Below, in pieces: positions 9,955 through 19,040 of a DNA stretch of 64,000 nt. The stretch spans positions 1,216,001-1,280,000 of the forward strand of contig CBDFJR010000005.1 of NCBI GenBank assembly GCA_965248535.1, in the 5' to 3' direction. Every line of letters starts with the position of its first letter. Positions within the stretch are counted from its first letter, which is position 1. The position numbers and the translations under genes are program-made. The DNA comes from Phormidesmis sp. GTDB taxonomy: Bacteria > Cyanobacteriota > Cyanobacteriia > Leptolyngbyales > Leptolyngbyaceae. Under the pieces are notes generated by a model. It was given only the letters and a program-made list of their open reading frames with translations, did not search any database and was not told the DNA's origin.

Positions 9955-10113
9955 TTTCTTCTTCTGCTTGCTTCAGCGGTTATCATGCTTGCGTTAGTCC
10001 ATGGGTGTTACTGAGCTAGAAACTTACAGTGCGTATTTTGTACCGTTAAGGTCGAGATCTTGAAAAGGTTGTCTGCCAAAAAACTTTATAGTGTATGGAA
10101 GTTTGAAACCAAC

Positions 10114-10149
10114 ATTCTAAAGGGTAAAAGTCAAGAACTCGGAAAGATT
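10114..10149 (-). promoter_or_regulatory. Regulon box 3 plus -10
   Basis: Minus strand AATCTTTCCGAGTTCTTGAC + 10 nt + TAGAAT. Confidence 0.8.
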
Positions 10150-10271
10150 CAGTGATCTGCAATGTTTTTGAAGAAAAGCTATAAAAAGACTAACTTTTCT
10201 GCTCTCCTGAGTATTAGATGATAAGCAAAGTCTATAAGCCTTCTAGCAAGGGTTCTATGCTCTAGACAACA

Positions 10272-10313
10272 CTAATTTTGTAGTTGATAATATGGTTTCA
10301 ACTACAAAATTAG
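10272..10313. repeat. Perfect 16-bp inverted repeat
   Basis: CTAATTTTGTAGTTGA-N10-TCAACTACAAAATTAG. Confidence 0.85.
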
Positions 10314-10363
10314 GAGAGCCACTTTTCTCGTGCTAAGACTCCTTATTCCTCACAATTCTAGTC

Positions 10364-10399
10364 AATCTTTCCGAGTTCTTGACTTTTTTCATCTATTTT
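10364..10399 (+). promoter_or_regulatory. Regulon box 4 plus -10
   Basis: AATCTTTCCGAGTTCTTGAC + 10 nt + TATTTT. Confidence 0.75.
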
Positions 10400-10468
10400 A
10401 AGAAAGCATCGCTTCGATAAAAGGATTTTAGTCGATCCCAGCCTCTTATTCCTTTGCTTTGTATTCCT

Positions 10469-11629
10469 ATGCCCCTTGGGTCAATCCGTTCGGTCTCACC
10501 TTTTTTGGTACTTGACCGATACATTGCATCTCAATTAGCAAGTCCCTTTTTGTTTGGCGTTGCAGCATTGTCTTCAATTCTGGTGTCAGTTGGCGCACTC
10601 TTCGATCTGATTCGCAAAATGACGGATGCTGGGCTACCTCTGTCGATCGCGTTCAAAGTCTTTTCCTTCCAAGTGCCTGAATTCGTCAGCTTGTCGTTTC
10701 CAATGGCAACGCTGCTATCAACGTTGATGGTGTATGGTCGTCTTTCGACCGACAGCGAACTAATCGCGCTTCGCAGCGCTGGCATTAGTGTTTACCGACT
10801 AATTGCACCCGCGATCGTGTTGAGCTTGTTGGTGTCAGCTTTAACGTTTGGGTTCAACGAAGCGATCGTTCCTGCGGCTAAGTATCAAGCATCTGTCACG
10901 CTGGATAGTGCCTTGAAGCGGGATAAACCTGCGTTCCAGCAGAATAATATTGTTTATCAACAGTATGGCGACGTAAAGCAAGCTGATGGTAGCAAGGTGC
11001 AAGTTTTAGAGCGAATTTTCTATGCAAAACAGTTCGATGGTAAGCAAATGAAAAGTCTGACTGTGTTAGATTTTTCCCAAAATGGACTCTGCCAGATCAT
11101 TACTGCCCAAACTGCGACGTGGAATACCTCTCGCAGCACCTGGGATTTCTTTAATGGCACGATTTATGTAATTGCACCCGATGGGTCTTATCGCAATATT
11201 CTTAAGTTTGAACAGCAGCAACTACAGCTTTCTCGGACTCCGTTAGATCTTGCCAGTCGGCAACCAGATGAAGGTGAGATGAATATTGAGCAGATTCAGA
11301 ATTATCTCAAGTTGGTCAAGCAAAGTGGAGACGAGAAACTTGTGATCAAATTACGTTTACGGATTCAGCAGAAAATAGCGTTTCCGTTGGTCTGTCTAGT
11401 TTTTGGTTTAACAGGCGCAACACTCGGCACTCGCCCTCAACGCGGCGGTAAAGGAACTAGCTTTGCCATTAGTATCGTAATCATTTTCACGTACTATTTA
11501 CTTTCATTTATCTGTGACTCATTTGGGCAACTTGAGATTTTATCTCCTGTTATTGGAGCTTGGTTGCCTACGATCGCAGGATTACTGGCAAGAGCGTTTC
11601 TTTTATTGCGGGCAGAAGAGTACCGCTGA
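10469..11629 (+). CDS. LptF/LptG family permease
   Basis: LDRYIASQL..PFLFGV, YGRLSTDSELIALRSAGISVYRL, QKIAFPLVCLVFGL. Confidence 0.9.
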   Translation: MPLGSIRSVSPFLVLDRYIASQLASPFLFGVAALSSILVSVGALFDLIRKMTDAGLPLSIAFKVFSFQVPEFVSLSFPMATLLSTLMVYGRLSTDSELIALRSAGISVYRLIAPAIVLSLLVSALTFGFNEAIVPAAKYQASVTLDSALKRDKPAFQQNNIVYQQYGDVKQADGSKVQVLERIFYAKQFDGKQMKSLTVLDFSQNGLCQIITAQTATWNTSRSTWDFFNGTIYVIAPDGSYRNILKFEQQQLQLSRTPLDLASRQPDEGEMNIEQIQNYLKLVKQSGDEKLVIKLRLRIQQKIAFPLVCLVFGLTGATLGTRPQRGGKGTSFAISIVIIFTYYLLSFICDSFGQLEILSPVIGAWLPTIAGLLARAFLLLRAEEYR

Positions 11630-11770
11630 ATTTGATAACAAGATTCTGTCTAGAGTTGAATTAGGGTTCGAGGCTCAAAACCAATTCAAATTTTGGTCGA
11701 AGTATGGTGTTGTCACAATACGATAGAAATTATCATCCTAACTTAGGGCATTAAGGACTATTCAGCATCA

Positions 11771-13453
11771 ATGAAATATAAAATCATACCAAAAAATCTA
11801 ACACTAAAGTTGTTCTCATTATTCAAGAACATTCCACTCACAAAACCAGACTCAAACCTGAGAACAATATTGATACTGGCATCAATATTTTTTGTTTTCA
11901 TGGTCGTTTTCTCACTCAATCGCTACTACAGTTTTTACTCATCCTACGATCAAGGACTTTTTAACCAGTTGTTTTGGAATGGTCTCCGTGGACATTTGTT
12001 TCAAGGCTCTCTTTCCTCTGGTCAATCAAGCGCTGTTCTAGATGATGGTCAAATAGCTACAGCATCTTACTACCATTTGGGACAACACTTTGTTCTTGAC
12101 TTTTTGCTTTGGCTACCGATATATGCTCTATTTCCTAACGGTGCTACTTTAGTGATTTTACAAATCACATTAGTTACGGCAGCAGGAATGGTCTTGTTCG
12201 CTCTAGCTCGTCATTATCTCCCTTTCTCGATCGCTGTTTTAATGACTGCTAGTTTTTACGGCTCTATCGCTGTGATGGCACCGTCATTGGGTAATTTTTA
12301 TGAGGCTTGCCAGATTCCTCTATTCGTATTCAGTTTACTACTTGCTTTAGCAAAACGTAGATGGCGATTGTTTTGGCTCTTTGTTGCTTTGACATTAGGA
12401 ATTCGAGAAGACACAGGGTTTATCATCTTTAGCATTGGTGCCTACTTAATTTTAATCCGTCGCTATTTTCGCTTAGGCTTGGCTTTATGCCTATTAAGTT
12501 TTAGCTATATTGCTCTAGTAACAAACGTATTAATGCCGTTGTTTTCTAATGATAGTTCCCGTCTATACGTAAAAAGTTACTTTCACCAGTATGCTCAGTA
12601 TGTTCAAGGAGGTACTCCTACTACTCTGCAACTTCTCTGGAGCATCATCAGTCACCCTAAAGAACTGGCAGTGAGTTTATTGACTCCCTTCGATCGGCGG
12701 GTAGAGTACCTTTCACTTCAATGGCTCCCTTTGGCATTTGTCCCTGCGCTCTCTCCTGCAACTTGGGTACTGACAGCCTTTCCATTACTGGAACTGTTGC
12801 TTCAAAAAAGTGATAAAGCGCTTTCCATCAATATCCGCTATGCATTGAACGTCGTTCCCGGACTGTTTTATGGTGCAATTCTGTGGTGGGCAAACCATCA
12901 ACATCAATTTAGACCACGCTTTCGTCGATTTTGGAGAGGATGTATCGCCTTGTCTATCCTTCTAGCAATTACGACAAATGGACAAGGAGCTTTCTACTTT
13001 TTAATTCCAGATTTTGGTCACCCTGCACTCTATATTTCTCTCAGTCGCCAATGGGAACATGCAAGCCAGGTCAAGGCATTAATGAACTTGATTCCGCCGC
13101 AAGCTAGCGTCTCAGCGACCGCCTTTCTGATTCCGTATCTGTCAGGTCGGCGAGAGATTATAGAACTAGCGAATGAGCGCTTGCCGTCTCTGATGATCCG
13201 CAATGACAAAGGAGAAATAAATCCTGTTGACTATATCTTAGCTGACTTATGGCGGCTGCAACGGTACCAAGTCGTCAGAAAACCTGATCGGCAGAGACTT
13301 CAAGCGCTTGTCCCTCTACTAGATACACTTATTGCTCAACAAAAGTATGGCATTCTGAATATACAAGACAAGGTTGTTCTCTTACAGAAAGCAACGACAT
13401 CTTCCCCTCAAGCTCAGACTGATTGGTTAAAGTTGCGTTCAGAATTAAAATAA
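11771..13453 (+). CDS. DUF2079-like polytopic membrane protein (GT-C type glycosyltransferase candidate)
   Basis: YSSYDQGLFNQLFWN, LGQHF, GIREDTG, IPPQASVSAT..LIPYLSGRR. Confidence 0.75.
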   Translation: MKYKIIPKNLTLKLFSLFKNIPLTKPDSNLRTILILASIFFVFMVVFSLNRYYSFYSSYDQGLFNQLFWNGLRGHLFQGSLSSGQSSAVLDDGQIATASYYHLGQHFVLDFLLWLPIYALFPNGATLVILQITLVTAAGMVLFALARHYLPFSIAVLMTASFYGSIAVMAPSLGNFYEACQIPLFVFSLLLALAKRRWRLFWLFVALTLGIREDTGFIIFSIGAYLILIRRYFRLGLALCLLSFSYIALVTNVLMPLFSNDSSRLYVKSYFHQYAQYVQGGTPTTLQLLWSIISHPKELAVSLLTPFDRRVEYLSLQWLPLAFVPALSPATWVLTAFPLLELLLQKSDKALSINIRYALNVVPGLFYGAILWWANHQHQFRPRFRRFWRGCIALSILLAITTNGQGAFYFLIPDFGHPALYISLSRQWEHASQVKALMNLIPPQASVSATAFLIPYLSGRREIIELANERLPSLMIRNDKGEINPVDYILADLWRLQRYQVVRKPDRQRLQALVPLLDTLIAQQKYGILNIQDKVVLLQKATTSSPQAQTDWLKLRSELK

Positions 13454-13456
13454 AAA

Positions 13457-13652
13457 CATTAGACCTCCTGTGTGAATCTTTTTGCCCTCACTCTACCCTC
13501 GCTCCTTAGAAGAAGGAACAAGAACTCTAGCCCTTCTCTTTTGGGAGAAGGGTTGGGGATGAAGGTCTTAACTATTCGTACAGAAGACATCATGAATGCG
13601 CGATCGCTCTCACAACCCCGGATGAAAATCTATTTCCAAAGGAGGTCTAATG
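13457..13652. mobile_element. MITE-like element containing a cyanobacterial short dispersed repeat
   Basis: 13-bp TIR CATTAGACCTCCT...AGGAGGTCTAATG; internal CCCTTCTC..GAGAAGGG hairpin. Confidence 0.55.
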
Positions 13653-13716
13653 TAATTGTCATTGGGTCAATGTAATTGCGCTCTATAGTTTTCTACTACC
13701 GTATACTGTTCTCTGC

Positions 13717-14526
13717 TTAGTGTCCCTGTCTTGCTGGCTTCTGCGGAAAGAGCAAGATCCCCAACACGATTAACACTAGCAGGGTTGCCGATGCCGAGTA
13801 GCGGCTTAACTCTAAGCCACCTTTGCTGACGGGTTTGTCTAAAAAGTCACCGACGACTGCGCCCAGCGGCCGAGTCAAGATAAAGGCTGCCCAAAATAGC
13901 GCCGTGCTAGATATTCGTGTTCGGTAGTACGCCGCCGCGATCGCTGCCAGCATCGTCCCAAACACGAGGGCACTTCCCAAATACCCAAGACCCTGGGTAT
14001 CGGCTGTCCAATCGCCCAGCGCCGTCCCTAAGGTTTGCGAAAACATAATCGTGACCCAATAGAATATCTCAGATCTGGGCGACCCCACTGTGTGAACCGC
14101 GATCGACCCCAGCGTGCGATACCACAAGAATAGAGATGCCAAGAGCAAGGTCAGCAAGATTGCCGTACCGCCCGCATAGCCAATGCCCAGAGAACGATCT
14201 ACAAAATCTGCCAGGGTTGTGCCCACGGTTGTAGTGGCGATAATCGTCGTCCAGTACAGGATGGGATTGAATTTCTTCGCGAGAACCTGAGCGATGACTG
14301 CAACGGCAAAGATAACGACGAAGATCCCAGTACTGGTGAGATAGCCAAGATTCATGGACATAGACACAGCATCTCCGCCCGTCTCACCCAGAGTTGTGGC
14401 AAGAATCTTGATGATCCAGAAAAGCAAGGTGACTTGCGGAACCTTGCTGATCAGATCACCCCGGAAGCGTTCATCTGATTGTTGAGATGCCGTCATTCGA
14501 TACTCCTTATGCGGTTGATTTGCCAT
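13717..14526 (-). CDS. COG4705/DUF347 family membrane protein (second paralog)
   Basis: SKVPQVTLLFWIIKILATTLGETGGD, FYWVTIMFSQTLGTALGD, FWAAFILTRPLGA. Confidence 0.85.
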   Translation of the reverse strand: MANQPHKEYRMTASQQSDERFRGDLISKVPQVTLLFWIIKILATTLGETGGDAVSMSMNLGYLTSTGIFVVIFAVAVIAQVLAKKFNPILYWTTIIATTTVGTTLADFVDRSLGIGYAGGTAILLTLLLASLFLWYRTLGSIAVHTVGSPRSEIFYWVTIMFSQTLGTALGDWTADTQGLGYLGSALVFGTMLAAIAAAYYRTRISSTALFWAAFILTRPLGAVVGDFLDKPVSKGGLELSRYSASATLLVLIVLGILLFPQKPARQGH

Positions 14527-14628
14527 AATCGAAAATTGAAATTAACAACGCTTGTAAGGCTTAGACGGATTTGCATTGCAAGTCGTTCATTCCCTTGAGC
14601 AACTGTATCTGAACCTGTGACTTTGCAT

Positions 14629-14664
14629 AGATTAGCGAGAGAAAGTCAAGAACTTGGAAAGATT
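14629..14664 (-). promoter_or_regulatory. Regulon box 5 plus -10
   Basis: Minus strand AATCTTTCCAAGTTCTTGAC + 10 nt + TAATCT. Confidence 0.8.
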
Positions 14665-14695
14665 AGTGAATGACTTTGCTGCTGTGCCGAGTCAG

Positions 14696-14731
14696 AAAAA
14701 TCCCCTCAATTTCCTGATCAAAAATTGAGGG
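14696..14731 (-). terminator. Intrinsic terminator after the PepSY gene
   Basis: CCCCTCAATTT/AAATTGAGGGG stem followed by a T run on the minus strand. Confidence 0.6.
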
Positions 14732-14823
14732 GTCAAACTGCTACAAGCTTGCAGTCAACGTTAGATCAGCACTACCTATCCTTGTCAAAGGAGGATTACA
14801 AGACTCGATCGATAGCTTTTTTA

Positions 14824-15409
14824 TCAGCCATCGTCATTGGTTTCACCATCCGTTTGAGGAACCTGGATGCTGCTACGAGGTTGAGTCTTCTCGTTGTTCT
14901 CCCTGGTTGGCGTGTTTGTACCGAGAACTCTACCGTTGCCTGCATCTACGATCACTTCATTCTGTGTCCTACGGAGTTGCGCGGAGCGCTAATCACAACG
15001 CATAAACTAAGCTGCCGTTTTCACTTTCTAGCTTGACATTGCTGGCAGTTCCTTTGACAGTGGCTTCAGCCGCTTGCTGTGCCTGCTGAGACGTGATTTT
15101 AGCCAAGGATTGCAGTTTTTGAGATTCCTGCTGTTCCTTCACGTCGTCATTGGTTTCACCATCTCCGTCACTCGCTTCTGCCTTTTGAGTCGGTTTGTTT
15201 GCTTGAAGTTGAGACTTAAGAGCGTTTTCTGGTGCTTCTGTCGCAGGATTGGCTTCGCTATCTCCGTCACTCTTTTCGGTGACTTGAGCAGCGGGCATGA
15301 CTGCAACAGGAGATTGCATCTGAGCTGCGTTAACCAGTTTAGCTAGACCGCCGAGTCCTAATGTTCCGATCGCAGCAGCCGTCAAAATGAGTTTTGTTGA
15401 AGTTTTCAT
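14824..15409 (-). pseudogene. PepSY-domain secreted protein, frame broken near 14965-14995
   Basis: Signal peptide, AKITSQQAQQAA..VKLESENGSLVYA, then a stop. The tail QNEVIVDAGNGRVL...DGETNDDG* continues in another frame. Confidence 0.75.
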
Positions 15410-15444
15410 CGAGTCAAATCCACCTAATATCGGTTTGCCATTTC

Positions 15445-15480
15445 ACTGTATGCACTGAAAGTCAAGAACTTGGAAAGATT
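15445..15480 (-). promoter_or_regulatory. Regulon box 6 plus -10
   Basis: Minus strand AATCTTTCCAAGTTCTTGAC + 10 nt + TACAGT. Confidence 0.8.
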
Positions 15481-15627
15481 GGAGTCAAGCTAAAAAAGTT
15501 GTGGCTCCTCATGATTACTCTGCTTTTCAAGCAATCATTGAAGCGCTCTGAGATCAAGTTAATAGAAGGTGAGATCAACAAAGCCAACGGTTGGTGAATC
15601 ACGCCGGAATAATTCTTCACAAGTGCA

Positions 15628-15663
15628 AATCTTTCCAAGTTCTTAACGTTTGCTTTCTACACT
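15628..15663 (+). promoter_or_regulatory. Regulon box 7 plus -10
   Basis: AATCTTTCCAAGTTCTTAAC + 10 nt + TACACT. Confidence 0.8.
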
Positions 15664-15735
15664 TCAAAAAGTAAGCTTGAGTAATTCTCTAAGCCTTGCA
15701 ATGACAGAAAAATAAGCCCAAGAGCAAGGTCAAAA

Positions 15736-17424
15736 ATGGCGTTAACACGACGAGACCAGATTGGACTGTGGACAGCCACGCTCCTCACGAGTTTGACTGG
15801 AATTGCTAATCTAATCTCTGCGGTTACGCCCAGCTTGCCAGAGCGAATCGAGTGGCTCAGGAAAATTTTTCCGTTTCCAGTACGAGCGGGTGGACACTTT
15901 TTTGCTGCCATTAGTGGATTTATCTTGCTCACACTCGCGGCTCACCTACTGCGACGCAAGCGGGTAGCGTGGTTACTGACCGTTGGTCTGCTGGTCATCT
16001 CCATCTTAAGCAACCTGATTAAAGGGTTCGACTACGAGGAAGGATTATTGTCAGGAGTGCTGCTGCTTCAGTTGATTTTGATGAGGCGTGTCTTTACCGC
16101 ACAGTCAGACCAACCTTCGATCGCCCAAGGCATTAGAGTCTTGGTTGGTGCGCTCTTGTTTACCTTGGCTTATGGAACACTGGGATTCTACATTCTGGAT
16201 GGACGGTTTACGATCGATCAACAGTTTGTCAATTTTGGCTTTAGGCAGGCACTTTTGCAGACATTAGCCATGTTTTTTACAGGAGACAATGCAGGTCTAG
16301 AAGCGAAAACCCGATTTGGTCAATTTTTTGCTGATTCTATTTACATGGTTGGTGCGACCACGTTGGGCTATGCATTGTTTATGCTGCTGCGGCCTGTGTT
16401 GCTCCGAGGCGATCCGTCTAAGACATCTGAGTGGGAGCGTGCGAGAGCGATCGTGGATCAGCATGGGCAAACCTCGCTCGCTCGACTGGCACTGTTGGAA
16501 GATAAAGCCTATTACTTTAGCCCGTCAGGTCAAACGGTCATTGCTTATGTCGCAAAAGGACGAGCCGCAATCGCGTTAGGTGATCCGATTGGTTCAGTTG
16601 AAGATCGACAAGAAGCGATTGTTAGCTTTCAGCAATTTTGCGATCTCAATGACTGGTATGCAGCATTTTACGAGGTTCCGCCTGATCAACTTGACCTCTA
16701 CACTTCTCTCGGTTTGCGATCGCTGCAAGTTGGTGAAGAGGCAATTATCAATCTCAAAACGTTTTCACTAAAGGGAAAAGCAAACCAAAATTTGAGAACG
16801 GCTGTTAACCGTCTCACAAAGATAAGATATACGGCTCAGGTTTATGCTCCTCCGATCTCAGACACGTTGCTCCGTCAACTCAAGCCCGTGAGTGATGAAT
16901 GGTTGCAGCACAAACAAGGGGCGGAAAAGCAATTCTCGATCGGTTGGTTTGATCCAGACTACCTACGAGAGTGCTTCATTGGAGTTGTTTTTGATGCAGA
17001 GTATCAGATTATTGCTTTTGTCAATTTGCTGTCAAACTACCATCAGCCAGAAGTAACCGTTGACCTGATGCGGCATCGCCAGGAGGTTCCCAATGGAACA
17101 ATGGACTTCCTGTTTGTTTCACTCTTGCAGCACTTTCAGCAGCTTGACTATGATGGCTTTAATTTCAGTCTTTCCCCGCTAGCAGGGGTTGGAGAAGCAC
17201 CCAATTCCCAACGGACTGAGAAGGCATTGCACTATCTCTCAACGCACTTGAATCAGTTTTACAACTTTCAGGGGTTACGTGAGTTTAAGGAGAAATTCCA
17301 ACCTCAGTGGGAACCTCGCTATCTTGTCTATCCGAGCCTGTCCGCATTACCGGATATCGTGGTCGGGCTGGTGAGAGCCGATTCGGGCGATCGCTGGCTC
17401 GATTATTTCAAACCTGACGCTTAA
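15736..17424 (+). CDS. mprF: Phosphatidylglycerol aminoacyl(lysyl)transferase, MprF-like synthase lacking most of the flippase domain
   Basis: LLRRKRVAW TM block, ALGDPIG, GEEAII, VDLMRH..PNGTMDFLF, YNFQGLREFKEKFQPQWEPRYL. Confidence 0.88.
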   Translation: MALTRRDQIGLWTATLLTSLTGIANLISAVTPSLPERIEWLRKIFPFPVRAGGHFFAAISGFILLTLAAHLLRRKRVAWLLTVGLLVISILSNLIKGFDYEEGLLSGVLLLQLILMRRVFTAQSDQPSIAQGIRVLVGALLFTLAYGTLGFYILDGRFTIDQQFVNFGFRQALLQTLAMFFTGDNAGLEAKTRFGQFFADSIYMVGATTLGYALFMLLRPVLLRGDPSKTSEWERARAIVDQHGQTSLARLALLEDKAYYFSPSGQTVIAYVAKGRAAIALGDPIGSVEDRQEAIVSFQQFCDLNDWYAAFYEVPPDQLDLYTSLGLRSLQVGEEAIINLKTFSLKGKANQNLRTAVNRLTKIRYTAQVYAPPISDTLLRQLKPVSDEWLQHKQGAEKQFSIGWFDPDYLRECFIGVVFDAEYQIIAFVNLLSNYHQPEVTVDLMRHRQEVPNGTMDFLFVSLLQHFQQLDYDGFNFSLSPLAGVGEAPNSQRTEKALHYLSTHLNQFYNFQGLREFKEKFQPQWEPRYLVYPSLSALPDIVVGLVRADSGDRWLDYFKPDA

Positions 17425-17445
17425 AGTCATGCTGAACTCCTACAC

Positions 17446-17521
17446 AAAAAATCCCAGCTAAAGCCGGGAAGTAAAGGTGAGAGGATAAATCTACAATAGT
17501 TAAAATTGAAAGACTTCCTCT
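17446..17521 (-). ncRNA. Putative ~76-nt small RNA driven by regulon box 8
   Basis: Promoter box, then a short ORF-less stretch, then the terminator UCCCGGC-UUUA-GCUGGGA-UUUUUU; internal UCCUCUCACCUU tract. Confidence 0.6.
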
Positions 17522-17527
17522 AAAAAG

Positions 17528-17563
17528 AGTGTAGTAGAAGAAAGTCAAGAACTTGGAAAGATT
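17528..17563 (-). promoter_or_regulatory. Regulon box 8 plus -10
   Basis: Minus strand AATCTTTCCAAGTTCTTGAC + 10 nt + TACACT. Confidence 0.8.
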
Positions 17564-17576
17564 GGCTGGTTTTACG

Positions 17577-17612
17577 GTTCTTTTCAACTTCTTGACGTTT
17601 GTTCGATACATT
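17577..17612 (+). promoter_or_regulatory. Regulon box 9 plus -10
   Basis: GTTCTTTTCAACTTCTTGAC + 10 nt + TACATT. Confidence 0.7.
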
Positions 17613-17641
17613 ACGATTGTTCTCTCAATTCACCCTACAAA

Positions 17642-19040
17642 ATGCAAAACCTGATCCACTTCTGGGTTCGCCTAGTCAATCCACAACTTGCAACACTCAT
17701 TGCAGCCGTTGGAACGATCTGTCTACTGAGTTGTTTAGTGATCCTACTGAGCTTGAGTTGGCTGTTTCCTAAGTACAGGACAAAAGTTTTAGAACTTGGA
17801 CAAACTGCGCTTGACGAGTATCGAGGTTGAGTAAAATCTGGCGGAGGTGATCTAACCCGGTACGAAAGATGCTCCTGGCGTTGCGTCCATGCTTTTTGAT
17901 TTGAATGGGCTGATGTTCCCCGACCCATTCCCCGACTCGATGTGCCCAGCAGAACGCCAAGGTCAAGAGAGCGATGAGCTTCTTGAGTCGTTCCGGGTCT
18001 CTGATTTGGGTTGCCTCCAGACAAAAGCCACGGGTTTTCAAGCAGCCAAACAAGGTTTCGATGCCCCAACGCAGAGCATAGTCAGCAATGGCAGTGGAGG
18101 GTTCATGGTTCGTGGCAACCACCAGCAACGACCCGTCTTCGAGTCGTAATCCTGCCAAGTAAAGCCAATGCCCCCAAAGCCGTCGTTTGCGTGACAGCAC
18201 CTTGGATTGATGAGGCTGCAAATCTTGAAACACAATCGTGGTTTTAAGCGATTGCTGCCCATCAAACAGGAACTCCGACTCGCGAATGCGGATGCGAAAG
18301 CGAGTCACAGGCTCTGCCATTAGCAAGGCAAACCATTGGGTGCCGATAAACTCCCGGTCTGCGGTCAAAAAAGCGATGTCTTCAGGTGCAAAGACGCACA
18401 GAAACTCGACCCACTGATCAAAGCGCTCTTGCGTGTTCGAGTTACCCCGCTTGTCTAATAGATGCCAAAACAGAGGAAACGCTACCCCTTGATGCACGAC
18501 CCCTAACATCAGAATGTTGATGGTCACTGACCCAAACTCCCAGGTGGTGCGGTTCACACTTAAGACCCACGGCTTCGGAATCCCCACCATCGTCACGACC
18601 AACTGGGCGATCTGGTCGTAGTTAATCTCAAACGAGCGCAGAAATCGTTGGATGCGTTTGTCATTCGACTCGGCTTTTGCACGTCCCGCAAATCCAGTTG
18701 CCACCTCTGCCAGGTTCACCGTCTTGACCCGGAACAGGGCAACCAGAAACAAGGACAGAAAGGTAACTCTTGCTCCATGCCAGCCGAGCAGAGGCTGCAA
18801 TGTTTGCCGTAATTGAGTAATCCGATTCATAGGGTTTCATCCTGCAAACTCACTATTTGCATGAAACCCTTTCCTACCCTCTTTTAGCAAGCTTTTGTCT
18901 TGTACTTAGGGCTGTTTCAGGAAGTTCTAGAGAAGGAAGCATTCAAATTCGATACAACAGTGTTGCTGAGTGCTGAGTGCTGAGTGTGCATCAGTGGGCA
19001 AATCCCATTCTTGATCAAGTAATGTTGAGCTTAACTCAGC
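17642..19040 (+). pseudogene. PAP2-family membrane phosphatase 5' part, interrupted by an IS and truncated
   Basis: Removing the IS gives ...LSWLFQEVLEKEAFKFDTTVLLS/VHQWANPILDQVMLSLTQ, typical of cyanobacterial PAP2 N-termini; a (GCTGAGT)x3 expansion also shifts the frame. Confidence 0.65.
17769..18909 (-). mobile_element. IS4-family insertion sequence (transposase 17769-18830)
   Basis: TIRs CTAAGTACAGGACAAAAG / CTTTTGTCTTGTACTTAG, 9-bp target duplication GGCTGTTTC (17760-17768, 18910-18918), ADREF and YALRWGIETLFG motifs. Confidence 0.93.
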
